Assembly (NCBI GenBank): GCA_030669595.1 | Contig: DAOVDG010000002.1 | Span: forward strand, 1-56,773 | DNA: 56,773 nt | Direction: 5' to 3' | Source: Candidatus Thorarchaeota archaeon | GTDB lineage: Archaea > Asgardarchaeota > Thorarchaeia > Thorarchaeales > Thorarchaeaceae | Part shown: positions 41,875 to 51,149 of the stretch, piece after piece | Numbering within the stretch: the stretch's first letter is position 1 | How the letters are laid out: each line of letters begins with the position of its first letter | Translations under genes and position numbers: made by a program | The notes under the pieces: model-generated | Database searches by the model: none | What the model saw: the letters and a program-made list of their open reading frames with translations, nothing else | What the model was told of the DNA's origin: nothing

Positions 41875-43041
41875 ATGCCCGAAGGATTAGCCGTACTGAA
41901 ATGGGATGATGAGCTGGGCCCTGTTGTGACCTCAAAGACACCAACGGGTCTGAAGGTTGGACTTGATCCAACCACATCAATGAGAGTCTATGGAATAGCT
42001 ACGTTGGGAGAAACTGAAGAGGCCCAAAAGCCTGGCTTCAGTTCTCTGTCGTTTGACAAGTTCAAACTGGCAGTCTACTATGGTGGACTCAACATGCACC
42101 TCAAGGGATTACCTTCGATGGTGTTCCTTGTTCTGGATCCAGATGAAGATCCGGATGTCTACAAGGATGCCTTGCCAGAGATAGCGACACAGATATTTCT
42201 CAACGCAGATGGCAAGAAGTACATCAAAATGGTGCCAAAGCTATACGAGCAGATAGCAAGATACACAATGATGACTCCTGAGCAACGTCAGGCGTCCATC
42301 CTGAGCGACCCCATCCGGAGAGCGATTCTCCGGACCCTCATGAGGGATGGTACCTTACAATCCACAGATCTCGAACAGATTATCTTCGAAGAGGTTGGCA
42401 AGAAGATAGATGTCGACCTAATCCTGAGACCTCTTGTCAAGATGGGCATCGTCGCGACAGGCTGGATTGAAGGTCTTTCCTCCGAAGTAATCTACCTTAC
42501 GAGGGCTATCTTTATTTTGCGCAGGATATCTCAAGACACCATTCGAGCAGTGAAGTCAGGATCACTACCGCCAGAGGTCATCGATAGCTTCCTCGATTCC
42601 ACAAAGCGCTATCACAGGGACTACATTGCGAAGCTGAGGAGAAACCTAACCGATACGATTTGGACTGAGGCAGAGGAGTTGTCAAAGTACCTGCTCGATT
42701 TCGAGGCCTATGATCTTCTTCAGATTCTACGAGAAGGGCCAAAGCAAACTGAGCACTTGCCGAGTCTTCTCGAAACCACGAAAGCAAAGCTGAGAAAGAA
42801 GCTGAAAACGATGGAGAAAGCTGGCATTCTCGTGCGCGTCAATGACGAGGATGGCAAAGAGCATGTCCTGCTCAAGAGCAGTCCAGAAGTGGTCACTGTC
42901 TACCCAGAATGGCTAATTCAGCGGACGGTTGACCTCTACAATCAAGAAGAGATTCACAGCCGGCAAGCGGGGCACTATCTTGAGATTCTCAAAAAGTTCC
43001 ATCCAAGTGCTGTTTCTTCCACTATGATGGAGCTGGAATAA
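41875..43041 (+). CDS. Longin/roadblock-like N-terminal domain plus two winged-helix domains (first gene of the cluster)
   Basis: The N-terminal ~130 aa reads MPEGLAVLKWDDELGPVV...FSSLSFDKFKLAVYYGG...SMVFLVLDPDEDPDVYKDALPEIATQIFL. WH1 is DPIRRAILRTLMRDGTLQSTDLEQII...LRPLVKMGIV. WH2 is YDLLQILREGPKQTEHLPSLLETTKAKLRKKLKTMEKAGILVRVNDEDGKEHVLL. Confidence 0.6.
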   Translation: MPEGLAVLKWDDELGPVVTSKTPTGLKVGLDPTTSMRVYGIATLGETEEAQKPGFSSLSFDKFKLAVYYGGLNMHLKGLPSMVFLVLDPDEDPDVYKDALPEIATQIFLNADGKKYIKMVPKLYEQIARYTMMTPEQRQASILSDPIRRAILRTLMRDGTLQSTDLEQIIFEEVGKKIDVDLILRPLVKMGIVATGWIEGLSSEVIYLTRAIFILRRISQDTIRAVKSGSLPPEVIDSFLDSTKRYHRDYIAKLRRNLTDTIWTEAEELSKYLLDFEAYDLLQILREGPKQTEHLPSLLETTKAKLRKKLKTMEKAGILVRVNDEDGKEHVLLKSSPEVVTVYPEWLIQRTVDLYNQEEIHSRQAGHYLEILKKFHPSAVSSTMMELE

Positions 43042-43042
43042 A

Positions 43043-43117
43043 GTGCGCAGGACCGGCCATATTCTGATTCTGGCGGCATTTGTGGTATTCCTAATGCTTC
43101 CTATGGGTGTTGGCGAC
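43043..43117 (+). other. Signal-peptide-like N-terminus of the giant protein
   Basis: MRRTGHILILAAFVVFLMLPMGVGD has a basic n-region, a hydrophobic core and small residues before D. Confidence 0.6.
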
Positions 43118-46100
43118 CAAGCTACTCCTCTCCGCAGCGATGCGGATGGCCTCCCCATGCTGGTTGATGGTGGATACCAAGTCGCGGGAGGCCAGGATTC
43201 AGCGGACTGGTGGAACTCCACTTACGTTTACCGCCGCTACTATAACTTCACGGAGCCCGGTGTGACTTCTAGAACCCTGACTCCAGTACATCTGTACCTC
43301 TCCTTCTCTGATGGCCATTGTTACAGGGATTCGATACGTGTGGGCTACTACGACACCCCTGGATGGTCAATACTCCCGTTTCAGCTATGGAACACGACCT
43401 ACGATTCGACTGGCAACTACATTGAATCGACGCGTGTCAGCTTTATGGTTAATGTGAGCCAAGGGCAGACAGAGTCCAACTACTACATCTACTATGCCAA
43501 GATTGACGTTGGCTCAGTCAGCTATCCTGACTTTTATCCCTTCATCTACAAGAGCTTCACATTCTCGCTGGTCAACCTTGTTTCATACTATGACAGCAAC
43601 AAGTACCTGGTTGAGATGTATGATACTGCAGGCGAGCAGTGGGATGACCCCGGGAATGTTGACTCAAGGTGGTCCTCGAGCCAAGTGACTCCAAACAACA
43701 TCCCCAACGGCACGCTTGACAGGTTCGAAAACATGAGATACGAGCCGACCAGCTACAGCTACACCAAGTTTCGTGGGTACTACGCAGTCTACTCCAACTA
43801 TCCGCTGGCAGTGACCATGGGTCAGGGCAACATGGGCTCAAACCCTGCAATCAACGACTGGTATCCCGGCGTCAACCAACTCAGCTCTGGAGTGGGCACC
43901 GAGTTCATTATTGGCGGGGTCGAGGGGTTCGAGAGTCGCAATGAGGGCAAGTACTGGGTCTTGGCAGTCGAGGACAACACAGAGGTGTATGCTTGGACCT
44001 CGGGTGAAACCGCCGACACGGGCTGGAAGTTCTCTGGCAATAACTCGGACATCACAGCGTGGCCGGCTGTGTTGAGGGCAGGCGAGTACGTATCTAAGAG
44101 AGACATGGTCTACACAACCTATGTGAAAGTGAACTCGACTAAGCCCATGGTGATCCGACAGGGGGACTCTGACTGCTCTTACGCAAGGGACATCTGGGCG
44201 TTCTATCCGGACATGACCGGTGCTCTCGCCGGGGAGGAGTTCTACACGATTGACATGGGCAATGGGAACGACCGTACCCGAGTCACGAACTTGGGCGACA
44301 CTAGCGTCCAGGTAGACTGGTGGAGAGACTCTGGTTCGGGTTGGGGAACTAAGAGCACGTTGACAATAGCGGCTAACAGTTCCCAGTTGATCAGCCAAGG
44401 CACTGCCAGTTCGACGAACCAGGAAGATGTTCTCCACATCAAGGGACCTGGCGGCTCGATGCTGATGGTCGAGGGAGTGTATAACCCTGGTTCGGCAACC
44501 GACGCTGGGGACTGGGTTCCGACGATCACTGGACACCGCTTCGGCACCAATCTGAAACTGTGGGGTAGAAACGGCTACAAATTCATGGTCGTGGCCACTG
44601 AGAACGCACTTGTCGACATCAGCGGCTACAATGATGGTCAGCTTGAAATCCCTGCAGGTGGAATGGCCGCATTTCGGCCATTGTCATCCAGCACAACTCT
44701 GTACCACATCACATCGAATGCGTCGGTTGGCGTTGTCGACCTTGGGCGGTTCTCAACTTCCACTCCCTACAATCCAACCGGGGACACAGGCTATGGCTGG
44801 CAGGTCCCGGCGTACGTGCCTGAACAGGACCAGAAGGGCTTCTCGATTGACCTCGGTGAGGAGCGACACCTGTTCGAGTTCGACATCACTGTAGTAGATC
44901 TTGATGACGTAGCGGTTTCCAGTGCCACTGTCACTCTTCACAACGCAAGCACAGGCGATGTCTGGGAGGACGAGCAGCACAAGAACCGCACGGGAACCAC
45001 GGACAGCAATGGTCTTATCATCTTCGAGGGCCTCAGCAATGGGACCTACGAGGTTCGAACCCGGATCGATGCAGCTCCGTGGCTGGCCATGTCGGCTTCG
45101 ATCACCCACGTGTGGATAACGGACGTGTCGAATCATCCCATCACAGGTTCTGTCACCCCCGTCACCATTACGCTGAACATGGCGTCCCTTGACATACATC
45201 TGGACGATCTGATGGACTCGTCGATGGATGACACTCTTGATGAGGACATCTACATGAGAGCCTGCAACGATACTGGCGATGACTCCATCTATATACACCA
45301 GGCGCAAGCGAACTCAACAGGTTGGCTGCACTTCCCAAGGATCCCACAGGATGACTACTACTTCAGGGCAAGATACACAGGCGAACACACGTGGAACTCG
45401 TATGGATTCGATGACCTACTGAGGTTCGCCAACTGGTCTGTTTCTGCCAGCGAGTTCGCGTCTGGGTCTTTCACGAAGCCCGCCTGGAAGCTACCTCTGA
45501 TTACAGTCCAAATCCATGTTCATAGCTGGGATGATATGGTCGTTCCTGACGCATTCATCAAGATGAACAACAGCCTTGAGCCTCTCACATATGTCATGAC
45601 GGAGAGCACAGATTCCAACGGGAACTACACATTCAACAGGATAGTGAACGGCACATGGAATCTTGATGTCTGGCGGAATGACGACTTTGGGCTGAAGGTA
45701 GTAAACAACACAGGCGCCGCGAGGCTGACAGACTTGCAGGGCTACACCTCCTTCGAGGTGCAGCTGCGACTCACGAAGCTCAATATCAGAGTGCAGAGGT
45801 CCGGAGGTGACCGTGTGCCCTATGCCACAGTGACAGTCTATCTGAACAACCAGACACCTGTGGCCTACGGGCAGACGGACCCAAGTGGGGAGGTCGTGTT
45901 CGAGTGGATTCGTGGCAACATGACGGACCCCTGGTTCTACTGGTACACGATAGATGTTGTCAAGGGTGATGCAAACAGAACGAGGGTGAATGTTACTGCC
46001 GACTCGGACTATACAGTATGGAACATAATCGTACTCCCTGATCCCACCTACTCAAAGACCTACACTGAGATAACTTCGGACTACAGTTTCGAACAGCGGT

Positions 46101-49100
46101 ACTGGTACGTGGATCTCGTATTCTGGATAGACTACTACAACCTCACTGGTTCAGAACCCGGTGTTGGCACCAACATAACGTACGATGCCACAACCCTGCT
46201 CGAGTTCGAGATATATCGTGGAGTCACTCTGGTCGGACGAGGAAATTGGACCACAGGCAGTAAGTCCTTCATGGAGAACATGCCGTGGCCAGGTGGTCGA
46301 AGGTTCACCATTACAATAGATCTTGACTACTGGAAGCTCAACGCAAGTGACACGGCCTACAGGATTGCCATCACAGCCTACACCAACGGCTATGATGACC
46401 CAGACCCTCTGGTTGTGTATTTGACAGTGCTCCAAGCTGAAACCTCCTGTGGGTCAGACGTTTCAGTGATCTCCGAGCCCTATCAGATGCACCATGAACA
46501 CCTGTTCTGGCTCACGGATCTGACGAACGACGGCAATCTGTCCGTTCTTGACACCTACAACTACACAGTGAAGTCAGGACTCACCACTGTTCTCGCCGGC
46601 TATCTATACAACAATGGGAATGGCACATTCAGTCTGCTCCCGAGCATGCTTTCCGGTCTGGTAGTTGGGGAATACGTCTTGGTCATCGAGCTGGATGAAC
46701 TCAACTGTGTCGGCGCAACGATTGAGGTACAGCTGGAGGTCACTGAAGCACCCATGGTTGTAGTTCTCTCCAATCCGGGCAACTACGAATGGTCCTTGAG
46801 TGCTGACAGTATGTCGTTCCAGTATCTGTGGGACAATTCCACAAGCCCTGACCTCTTGAGTGTTGACGTGACCATCCAATGGATCAACAACGACACAGGC
46901 CAAGTATATATCACAGTCCATCTTACACTCGACCCCATCGGTTCCAACTACATCTATGGTTTCAACCGGGATGTTGTGCCAAGCGGCAACTGGGATGTGA
47001 ATGTGACATGCTCCAAGGCCAACTATGCCTCCGCATGGGACTACTACGCCTATGTCTTGGTCACAGAGGCAGAAACGGGCTTGTGTGTCATCACGATTGA
47101 CCCCGTCACTGTGGAATGGGGCAGTGACGCCACATTCGAGGTCGTCTATAATCGGACAAGTGACGGATCAGGTCTTCCTGATGCCGCGTCCTCTCACAAC
47201 TGGTCTAGAGGAGTCACCGTTGACGATCTTGGCTCTGGACATTACTCGATCACTGTGGACACACTGGTTGAGTCAGGAAGCTATGCACTTCTGCTTGACA
47301 TGTCACTTGCGAATCACCAGACAGCAGTCATCAACCTGAACATCACGATACGGATTCCTCTTCGGATAGAGTCAGACTATGACTCCATTGAAACTCCACT
47401 GGAAGCCTACTGGACTCACAACTTCAGTCTCAGTGTGGTTCTCATAGATCAGTCAACCAACCAGCCAATCGCCGGAGCAACGGTCACCTACTCATGGTAT
47501 CTAGAGTTCGTAGTCGATTTGGAGGGTAACCTTGATCCCTACAGTGGCGGCATATACAATACGACACTGAACGGATGGGATGCAGTCCCACTGGAAGACC
47601 TGTATTCCATCGTGATCACAGCCAACATGGCGGGCTGCACTGAAACATCCGCGATCATCTTCTTGCGTATCAACGAGGTCCCGAACGAGATTGTGCTGGA
47701 AACCGAGTACTTCGAGGCGTTCTACGCAGATGTGTTCGATGTCAGGTTCTACTGGAACAACACTCTGGACAATGCACCAATCGAATATGCAGACGCGGAG
47801 GAATACTACCTGATCACCCTCGGCAGAAGCATAGCGACTGGTGTCAATGAGGGTGGAGGTTGGTATCACTTCGCCGTGAACACAAGAGATCTGGAGATGA
47901 GTGCCAAGGTGCAGGGATCGGTCTATGTGATTAGAATCACTATGACGAAGAGCGGACTTCAGGCCCATGAGCTCACAACGGTGATTGTGTTGGTGCGCGA
48001 GACCGACGCGTCCCTTGTGATTGACGCGATTGGCAACGTGAACTGGTCTGATCCGTTCCAAATCACGGCCCGTCTTTACGATGCTCATCCCGATCACGGG
48101 CACATGTTGATCTGGGATGGCGCAGTGGTGACAGTGAGCTATGGATCATTATCGATACAGATGACGAACAACGGAGACGGTACGTTCTCAGCAACTAACC
48201 AGTCAGACGCGTGGTTCTCTGCATCATCAAGTCCCTACAATCTGACCTTCACCTATACCCTGCCAAACTACGTGGACAATGTAAACATGTCCGCAATTGT
48301 CATCGTTCCGATACCCGGTCTCATCCTGAAAGACGCCCCAACGGGGACTCCTCTTGAGTACACATGGGGGACATCGTTCGAGCTCAAGGTTCATGTGTAT
48401 AACATCTATGAGGGAGCGTCCGACTCGTTGGCGGACGCCGCTGTCTTCTATCTCTGGAGCAGCTTCGACAGTCTATACCCGTTGGTCTACAGGTCCGGTG
48501 TGTTCTACTACAACGTGTCAGTTCTTACAACGCAGGTGTCTGCAGGGTCCTATTACCTCATAGTTAGAGTGGTCAACGAGAACCTCACAATTCCGGATTT
48601 GGAGGTGCCTATTACTGTCGCGCCTGTTGGCACGACTTTTGGGAGCGATACTGATAGGATCGATGTGATTCAAGGTGTGGACGAAACCACAATAATCACC
48701 TTGACCTACCTTGATGAACAGAGCAACCGGCTCGATGACGCTACAGTCTACTACGAGTGGGCGGGTCTCATGAGATATGGGTCCTACAGCGCGGGTGTGT
48801 TTGTGTGCGAGTTCAATCCCAGCGGGTCAAGTCTGACGGTGCCTGGAATCTACACTCTGACATTCCATGCTGAACTTCAGAATTACACATCTAGGATCTT
48901 CAATGTGACACTTGTCCTCAATGCAGCCACTGAGATGCGTGCTGACGATGCCATTTTAGAGTCAGACCAGACATTGACGTTGTACTTCATATTCTGGGAT
49001 CTTACGAACGATGCTGAGGTGCCAACTGACATTGTCACATCTGTGGGTGTGATTCTGCCTGGCGGTACGCAAGTCACTCCAGCGGTTGAACACGACACTA

Positions 49101-50110
49101 ACGGATACTATGTGATCTTGACTGCTGGTCAAATTGGCGAGATACAGACTGAGGGGTATGATATCATTTTGGTGGGGATTGCGCCTGGATACCAGAATCA
49201 CACACAGAGCGTCAATCCGCAGTTCGTTGAGGTCACCATAATCGAGCCGCAGGTGTTCATCCCCCTAATATCGAGTCTTATAGGTCCCATCCCACGATCA
49301 ATGCTCATCCTCACAGGATTTCTGGTTGCCATATTCGGGGCGCTTGTGGGAAGTACAGTCGCGATTCGTCGTTGGCGCATCCCCTATCAAATCAAGCAAA
49401 TCAACAAGGCCCTGAAGGCAGTGGAGTCTGGTAAGCGGGCAAAGGTTGAGAATATCAAGACTATGGGTGGGGTGATATCCGATGTGCTAGCACCAGGATT
49501 GGCAGCACTGGATATCACTGCTCCAATTATTGATGAGGTCACTGAGGATCGCATCGAAGAAATCCTGGGTGAGGATACCGAGGAACTTCTCGACGAACTC
49601 GATGCCCTTGATGAGATTGGGGCTGATGAAGTCGAGGCACCAGAGGAAGCACCTGATTTTGAAGCGGAACTTGCCGCTGAGATAGAAACAGTCGTTGAGG
49701 AAACACCTGAGCCAGAAGAGCTAATCGAAGCACCTGCAGAAGTGGAGGAACCGGAAGCTGAACTCGAGGAGGTTCTTGAGGAGCCAGAGCCTGAGCCAGA
49801 AGAGCTTGAGGCAGAGGTTGTAGAATCAGAGGTCGAGGAACCCGAGCTCACCACTGAGGAGGTTCCCGAGGACGTTGAGGAGAAACTCCCTGAATCTGAG
49901 CTTGAGCCAGAAACCCCCGTAGAAGAGGAAGCTGAGCCTGAGCCAGAATCGACTGAACCTGAGTCAAGAACGCAGTTGACAAAGAGGGAGCTAATCGAAC
50001 AGCTACCTTCCGAAATCAAGGAATCAATGTCTGAAGACGAGCTGAGGAAGCTCTCAAAGAAGGAACTCCACGCACTTTTCGACTCCATGAATAATACTGA
50101 GGATGCATGA
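43043..50110 (+). CDS. Giant (2355 aa) type-I membrane / surface protein: signal peptide, sequon-rich beta-rich ectodomain, one TM segment, acidic cytoplasmic tail
   Basis: The GTG start lies 1 nt after the upstream stop. Single uninterrupted 7.07-kb ORF. Carboxypeptidase-regulatory/prealbumin-like segments include VTLHNASTGDVWEDEQHKNRTGTTDSNGLIIFEGLSNGTYEVRTR, TESTDSNGNYTFNRIVNGTWNLDVWR and VTVYLNNQTPVAYGQTDPSGEVVFEWI. By manual count there are about 48 N-x-S/T sequons before the TM segment. Confidence 0.9.
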   Translation: MRRTGHILILAAFVVFLMLPMGVGDQATPLRSDADGLPMLVDGGYQVAGGQDSADWWNSTYVYRRYYNFTEPGVTSRTLTPVHLYLSFSDGHCYRDSIRVGYYDTPGWSILPFQLWNTTYDSTGNYIESTRVSFMVNVSQGQTESNYYIYYAKIDVGSVSYPDFYPFIYKSFTFSLVNLVSYYDSNKYLVEMYDTAGEQWDDPGNVDSRWSSSQVTPNNIPNGTLDRFENMRYEPTSYSYTKFRGYYAVYSNYPLAVTMGQGNMGSNPAINDWYPGVNQLSSGVGTEFIIGGVEGFESRNEGKYWVLAVEDNTEVYAWTSGETADTGWKFSGNNSDITAWPAVLRAGEYVSKRDMVYTTYVKVNSTKPMVIRQGDSDCSYARDIWAFYPDMTGALAGEEFYTIDMGNGNDRTRVTNLGDTSVQVDWWRDSGSGWGTKSTLTIAANSSQLISQGTASSTNQEDVLHIKGPGGSMLMVEGVYNPGSATDAGDWVPTITGHRFGTNLKLWGRNGYKFMVVATENALVDISGYNDGQLEIPAGGMAAFRPLSSSTTLYHITSNASVGVVDLGRFSTSTPYNPTGDTGYGWQVPAYVPEQDQKGFSIDLGEERHLFEFDITVVDLDDVAVSSATVTLHNASTGDVWEDEQHKNRTGTTDSNGLIIFEGLSNGTYEVRTRIDAAPWLAMSASITHVWITDVSNHPITGSVTPVTITLNMASLDIHLDDLMDSSMDDTLDEDIYMRACNDTGDDSIYIHQAQANSTGWLHFPRIPQDDYYFRARYTGEHTWNSYGFDDLLRFANWSVSASEFASGSFTKPAWKLPLITVQIHVHSWDDMVVPDAFIKMNNSLEPLTYVMTESTDSNGNYTFNRIVNGTWNLDVWRNDDFGLKVVNNTGAARLTDLQGYTSFEVQLRLTKLNIRVQRSGGDRVPYATVTVYLNNQTPVAYGQTDPSGEVVFEWIRGNMTDPWFYWYTIDVVKGDANRTRVNVTADSDYTVWNIIVLPDPTYSKTYTEITSDYSFEQRYWYVDLVFWIDYYNLTGSEPGVGTNITYDATTLLEFEIYRGVTLVGRGNWTTGSKSFMENMPWPGGRRFTITIDLDYWKLNASDTAYRIAITAYTNGYDDPDPLVVYLTVLQAETSCGSDVSVISEPYQMHHEHLFWLTDLTNDGNLSVLDTYNYTVKSGLTTVLAGYLYNNGNGTFSLLPSMLSGLVVGEYVLVIELDELNCVGATIEVQLEVTEAPMVVVLSNPGNYEWSLSADSMSFQYLWDNSTSPDLLSVDVTIQWINNDTGQVYITVHLTLDPIGSNYIYGFNRDVVPSGNWDVNVTCSKANYASAWDYYAYVLVTEAETGLCVITIDPVTVEWGSDATFEVVYNRTSDGSGLPDAASSHNWSRGVTVDDLGSGHYSITVDTLVESGSYALLLDMSLANHQTAVINLNITIRIPLRIESDYDSIETPLEAYWTHNFSLSVVLIDQSTNQPIAGATVTYSWYLEFVVDLEGNLDPYSGGIYNTTLNGWDAVPLEDLYSIVITANMAGCTETSAIIFLRINEVPNEIVLETEYFEAFYADVFDVRFYWNNTLDNAPIEYADAEEYYLITLGRSIATGVNEGGGWYHFAVNTRDLEMSAKVQGSVYVIRITMTKSGLQAHELTTVIVLVRETDASLVIDAIGNVNWSDPFQITARLYDAHPDHGHMLIWDGAVVTVSYGSLSIQMTNNGDGTFSATNQSDAWFSASSSPYNLTFTYTLPNYVDNVNMSAIVIVPIPGLILKDAPTGTPLEYTWGTSFELKVHVYNIYEGASDSLADAAVFYLWSSFDSLYPLVYRSGVFYYNVSVLTTQVSAGSYYLIVRVVNENLTIPDLEVPITVAPVGTTFGSDTDRIDVIQGVDETTIITLTYLDEQSNRLDDATVYYEWAGLMRYGSYSAGVFVCEFNPSGSSLTVPGIYTLTFHAELQNYTSRIFNVTLVLNAATEMRADDAILESDQTLTLYFIFWDLTNDAEVPTDIVTSVGVILPGGTQVTPAVEHDTNGYYVILTAGQIGEIQTEGYDIILVGIAPGYQNHTQSVNPQFVEVTIIEPQVFIPLISSLIGPIPRSMLILTGFLVAIFGALVGSTVAIRRWRIPYQIKQINKALKAVESGKRAKVENIKTMGGVISDVLAPGLAALDITAPIIDEVTEDRIEEILGEDTEELLDELDALDEIGADEVEAPEEAPDFEAELAAEIETVVEETPEPEELIEAPAEVEEPEAELEEVLEEPEPEPEELEAEVVESEVEEPELTTEEVPEDVEEKLPESELEPETPVEEEAEPEPESTEPESRTQLTKRELIEQLPSEIKESMSEDELRKLSKKELHALFDSMNNTEDA
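49301..49366 (+). other. Single predicted transmembrane helix of the giant protein
   Basis: MLILTGFLVAIFGALVGSTVAI is followed by the positive stop-transfer sequence RRWRIPYQIKQINK. Confidence 0.7.
49532..49966 (+). repeat. Low-complexity acidic E/P/A/L-rich cytoplasmic tail segment
   Basis: DEVTEDRIEEILGEDTEELLDELDALDEIGADEVEAPEEAPDFEAELAAEIETVVEETPEPEELIEAPAEVEEPEAELEEVLEEPEPEPEELEAEVVESEVEEPELTTEEVPEDVEEKLPESELEPETPVEEEAEPEPESTEPES. The Ser-rich minus-strand ORF 49387..50088 is its antisense shadow. Confidence 0.85.
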
Positions 50111-50267
50111 ATGTGATGCGCTCATTTCGGGTTTCAAAGACAGACGCACAATCCTCAAATGAGGAATTTTGTATCTTCGTCTATGAGGCCACCATAGGAC
50201 TGGGTCTAAGGTTCTTTGGTGCGCACTCCACCCCAGATCTGCATGGCAGACGGACTGTGATGTACAC

Positions 50268-51149
50268 ATGATACGAGAGATTCACGTCTTCAAGGACGGG
50301 CAAACCCTCTTTGAGGACGTCATTGTCCCGAATAGGGACCTTGACACGAACGCAGTCATGATGTTGGTTTCCTCCTCAACGAAGAAGTTGCAGGAGTGGA
50401 AGATTGACAGCATGGAGATTGAGCGTTTTCGATATGTGTACATGAACAGCCATGACACGCAATTCATCATCACGATGGATCGGCAAGCCTCCCTGATGAA
50501 GGTCAATGAGGCCATGATGAACATGGTTTCCAAGTTCATGACTGTCTTCGAGAGCGTTCTTGAAACTGACGAGTGGAAATCCACAGATTTCTCTCCATTC
50601 GGGGTTGCCTTCAGACATCTTGTGGGACGCATTCCGGTGAAGCTCTGCCTAGCGGGGCATGGCGGAACTGGCAAGACTACGTTGCTGGAACTTGCGACGC
50701 TTCCCTCACAAGGTCCGCCACAGGAGTACGTGCCAACCTTCTTTGGCGACAAGGCGATGTTGAAAGCTGATTTCGATCCTTACGTGTTCAGCATCTTCGA
50801 CCTAGGTGGTCAGGACCGATTTGTGCAGGAGTGGGGGAAGATAATTCGTGCAGGCAGCATGGTTGTCATAGTATCGGACTCAACTAAGGACAATATAGCC
50901 TGGACGAAACGAGTGGCCTACCCTGTCTTGAAAACCGAGCTGCCATATGCTCGATGCATTGCAGTCGCCAATAAGCAGGACCTCAAAGGTGCGATGTCGC
51001 CACAGGAGGTGGGCCGGAAACTTGGCGTACCCGCGTATGGCATGCAAGCCAATCAGCGGGATTTCAGGCAAAGATGGCTTGGTCTCCTCAAGGAGCTTGC
51101 CTTTGAAACATGTGATTTTAAAATCGCAGCAGAGATTGAGGTGGATTAG
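50268..51149 (+). CDS. Arf-family-like small GTPase with an N-terminal ~120-aa longin/roadblock-like domain
   Basis: G1 is GHGGTGKT (50655..50678). Switch-I candidate is YVPTFFG. G3 is DLGGQ (50799..50813). G4 is NKQD (50970..50981), within AVANKQDLKGAMSPQEVGRKLG. The N-terminal domain reads MIREIHVFKDGQTLFEDVIV...ERFRYVYMNSHDTQFIITMDRQASLMKVNEAMMNMVSKFMTVFESVLETDEW. Confidence 0.8.
   Translation: MIREIHVFKDGQTLFEDVIVPNRDLDTNAVMMLVSSSTKKLQEWKIDSMEIERFRYVYMNSHDTQFIITMDRQASLMKVNEAMMNMVSKFMTVFESVLETDEWKSTDFSPFGVAFRHLVGRIPVKLCLAGHGGTGKTTLLELATLPSQGPPQEYVPTFFGDKAMLKADFDPYVFSIFDLGGQDRFVQEWGKIIRAGSMVVIVSDSTKDNIAWTKRVAYPVLKTELPYARCIAVANKQDLKGAMSPQEVGRKLGVPAYGMQANQRDFRQRWLGLLKELAFETCDFKIAAEIEVD

Noticed and set aside
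49387-50088. 233-aa Ser-rich minus-strand ORF
   Set aside because: It is antisense to the Glu-rich tail of the giant protein (GAA/GAG reads as TTC/CTC, with Ser codons in the shifted frame). It lies entirely inside a 7-kb uninterrupted ORF.
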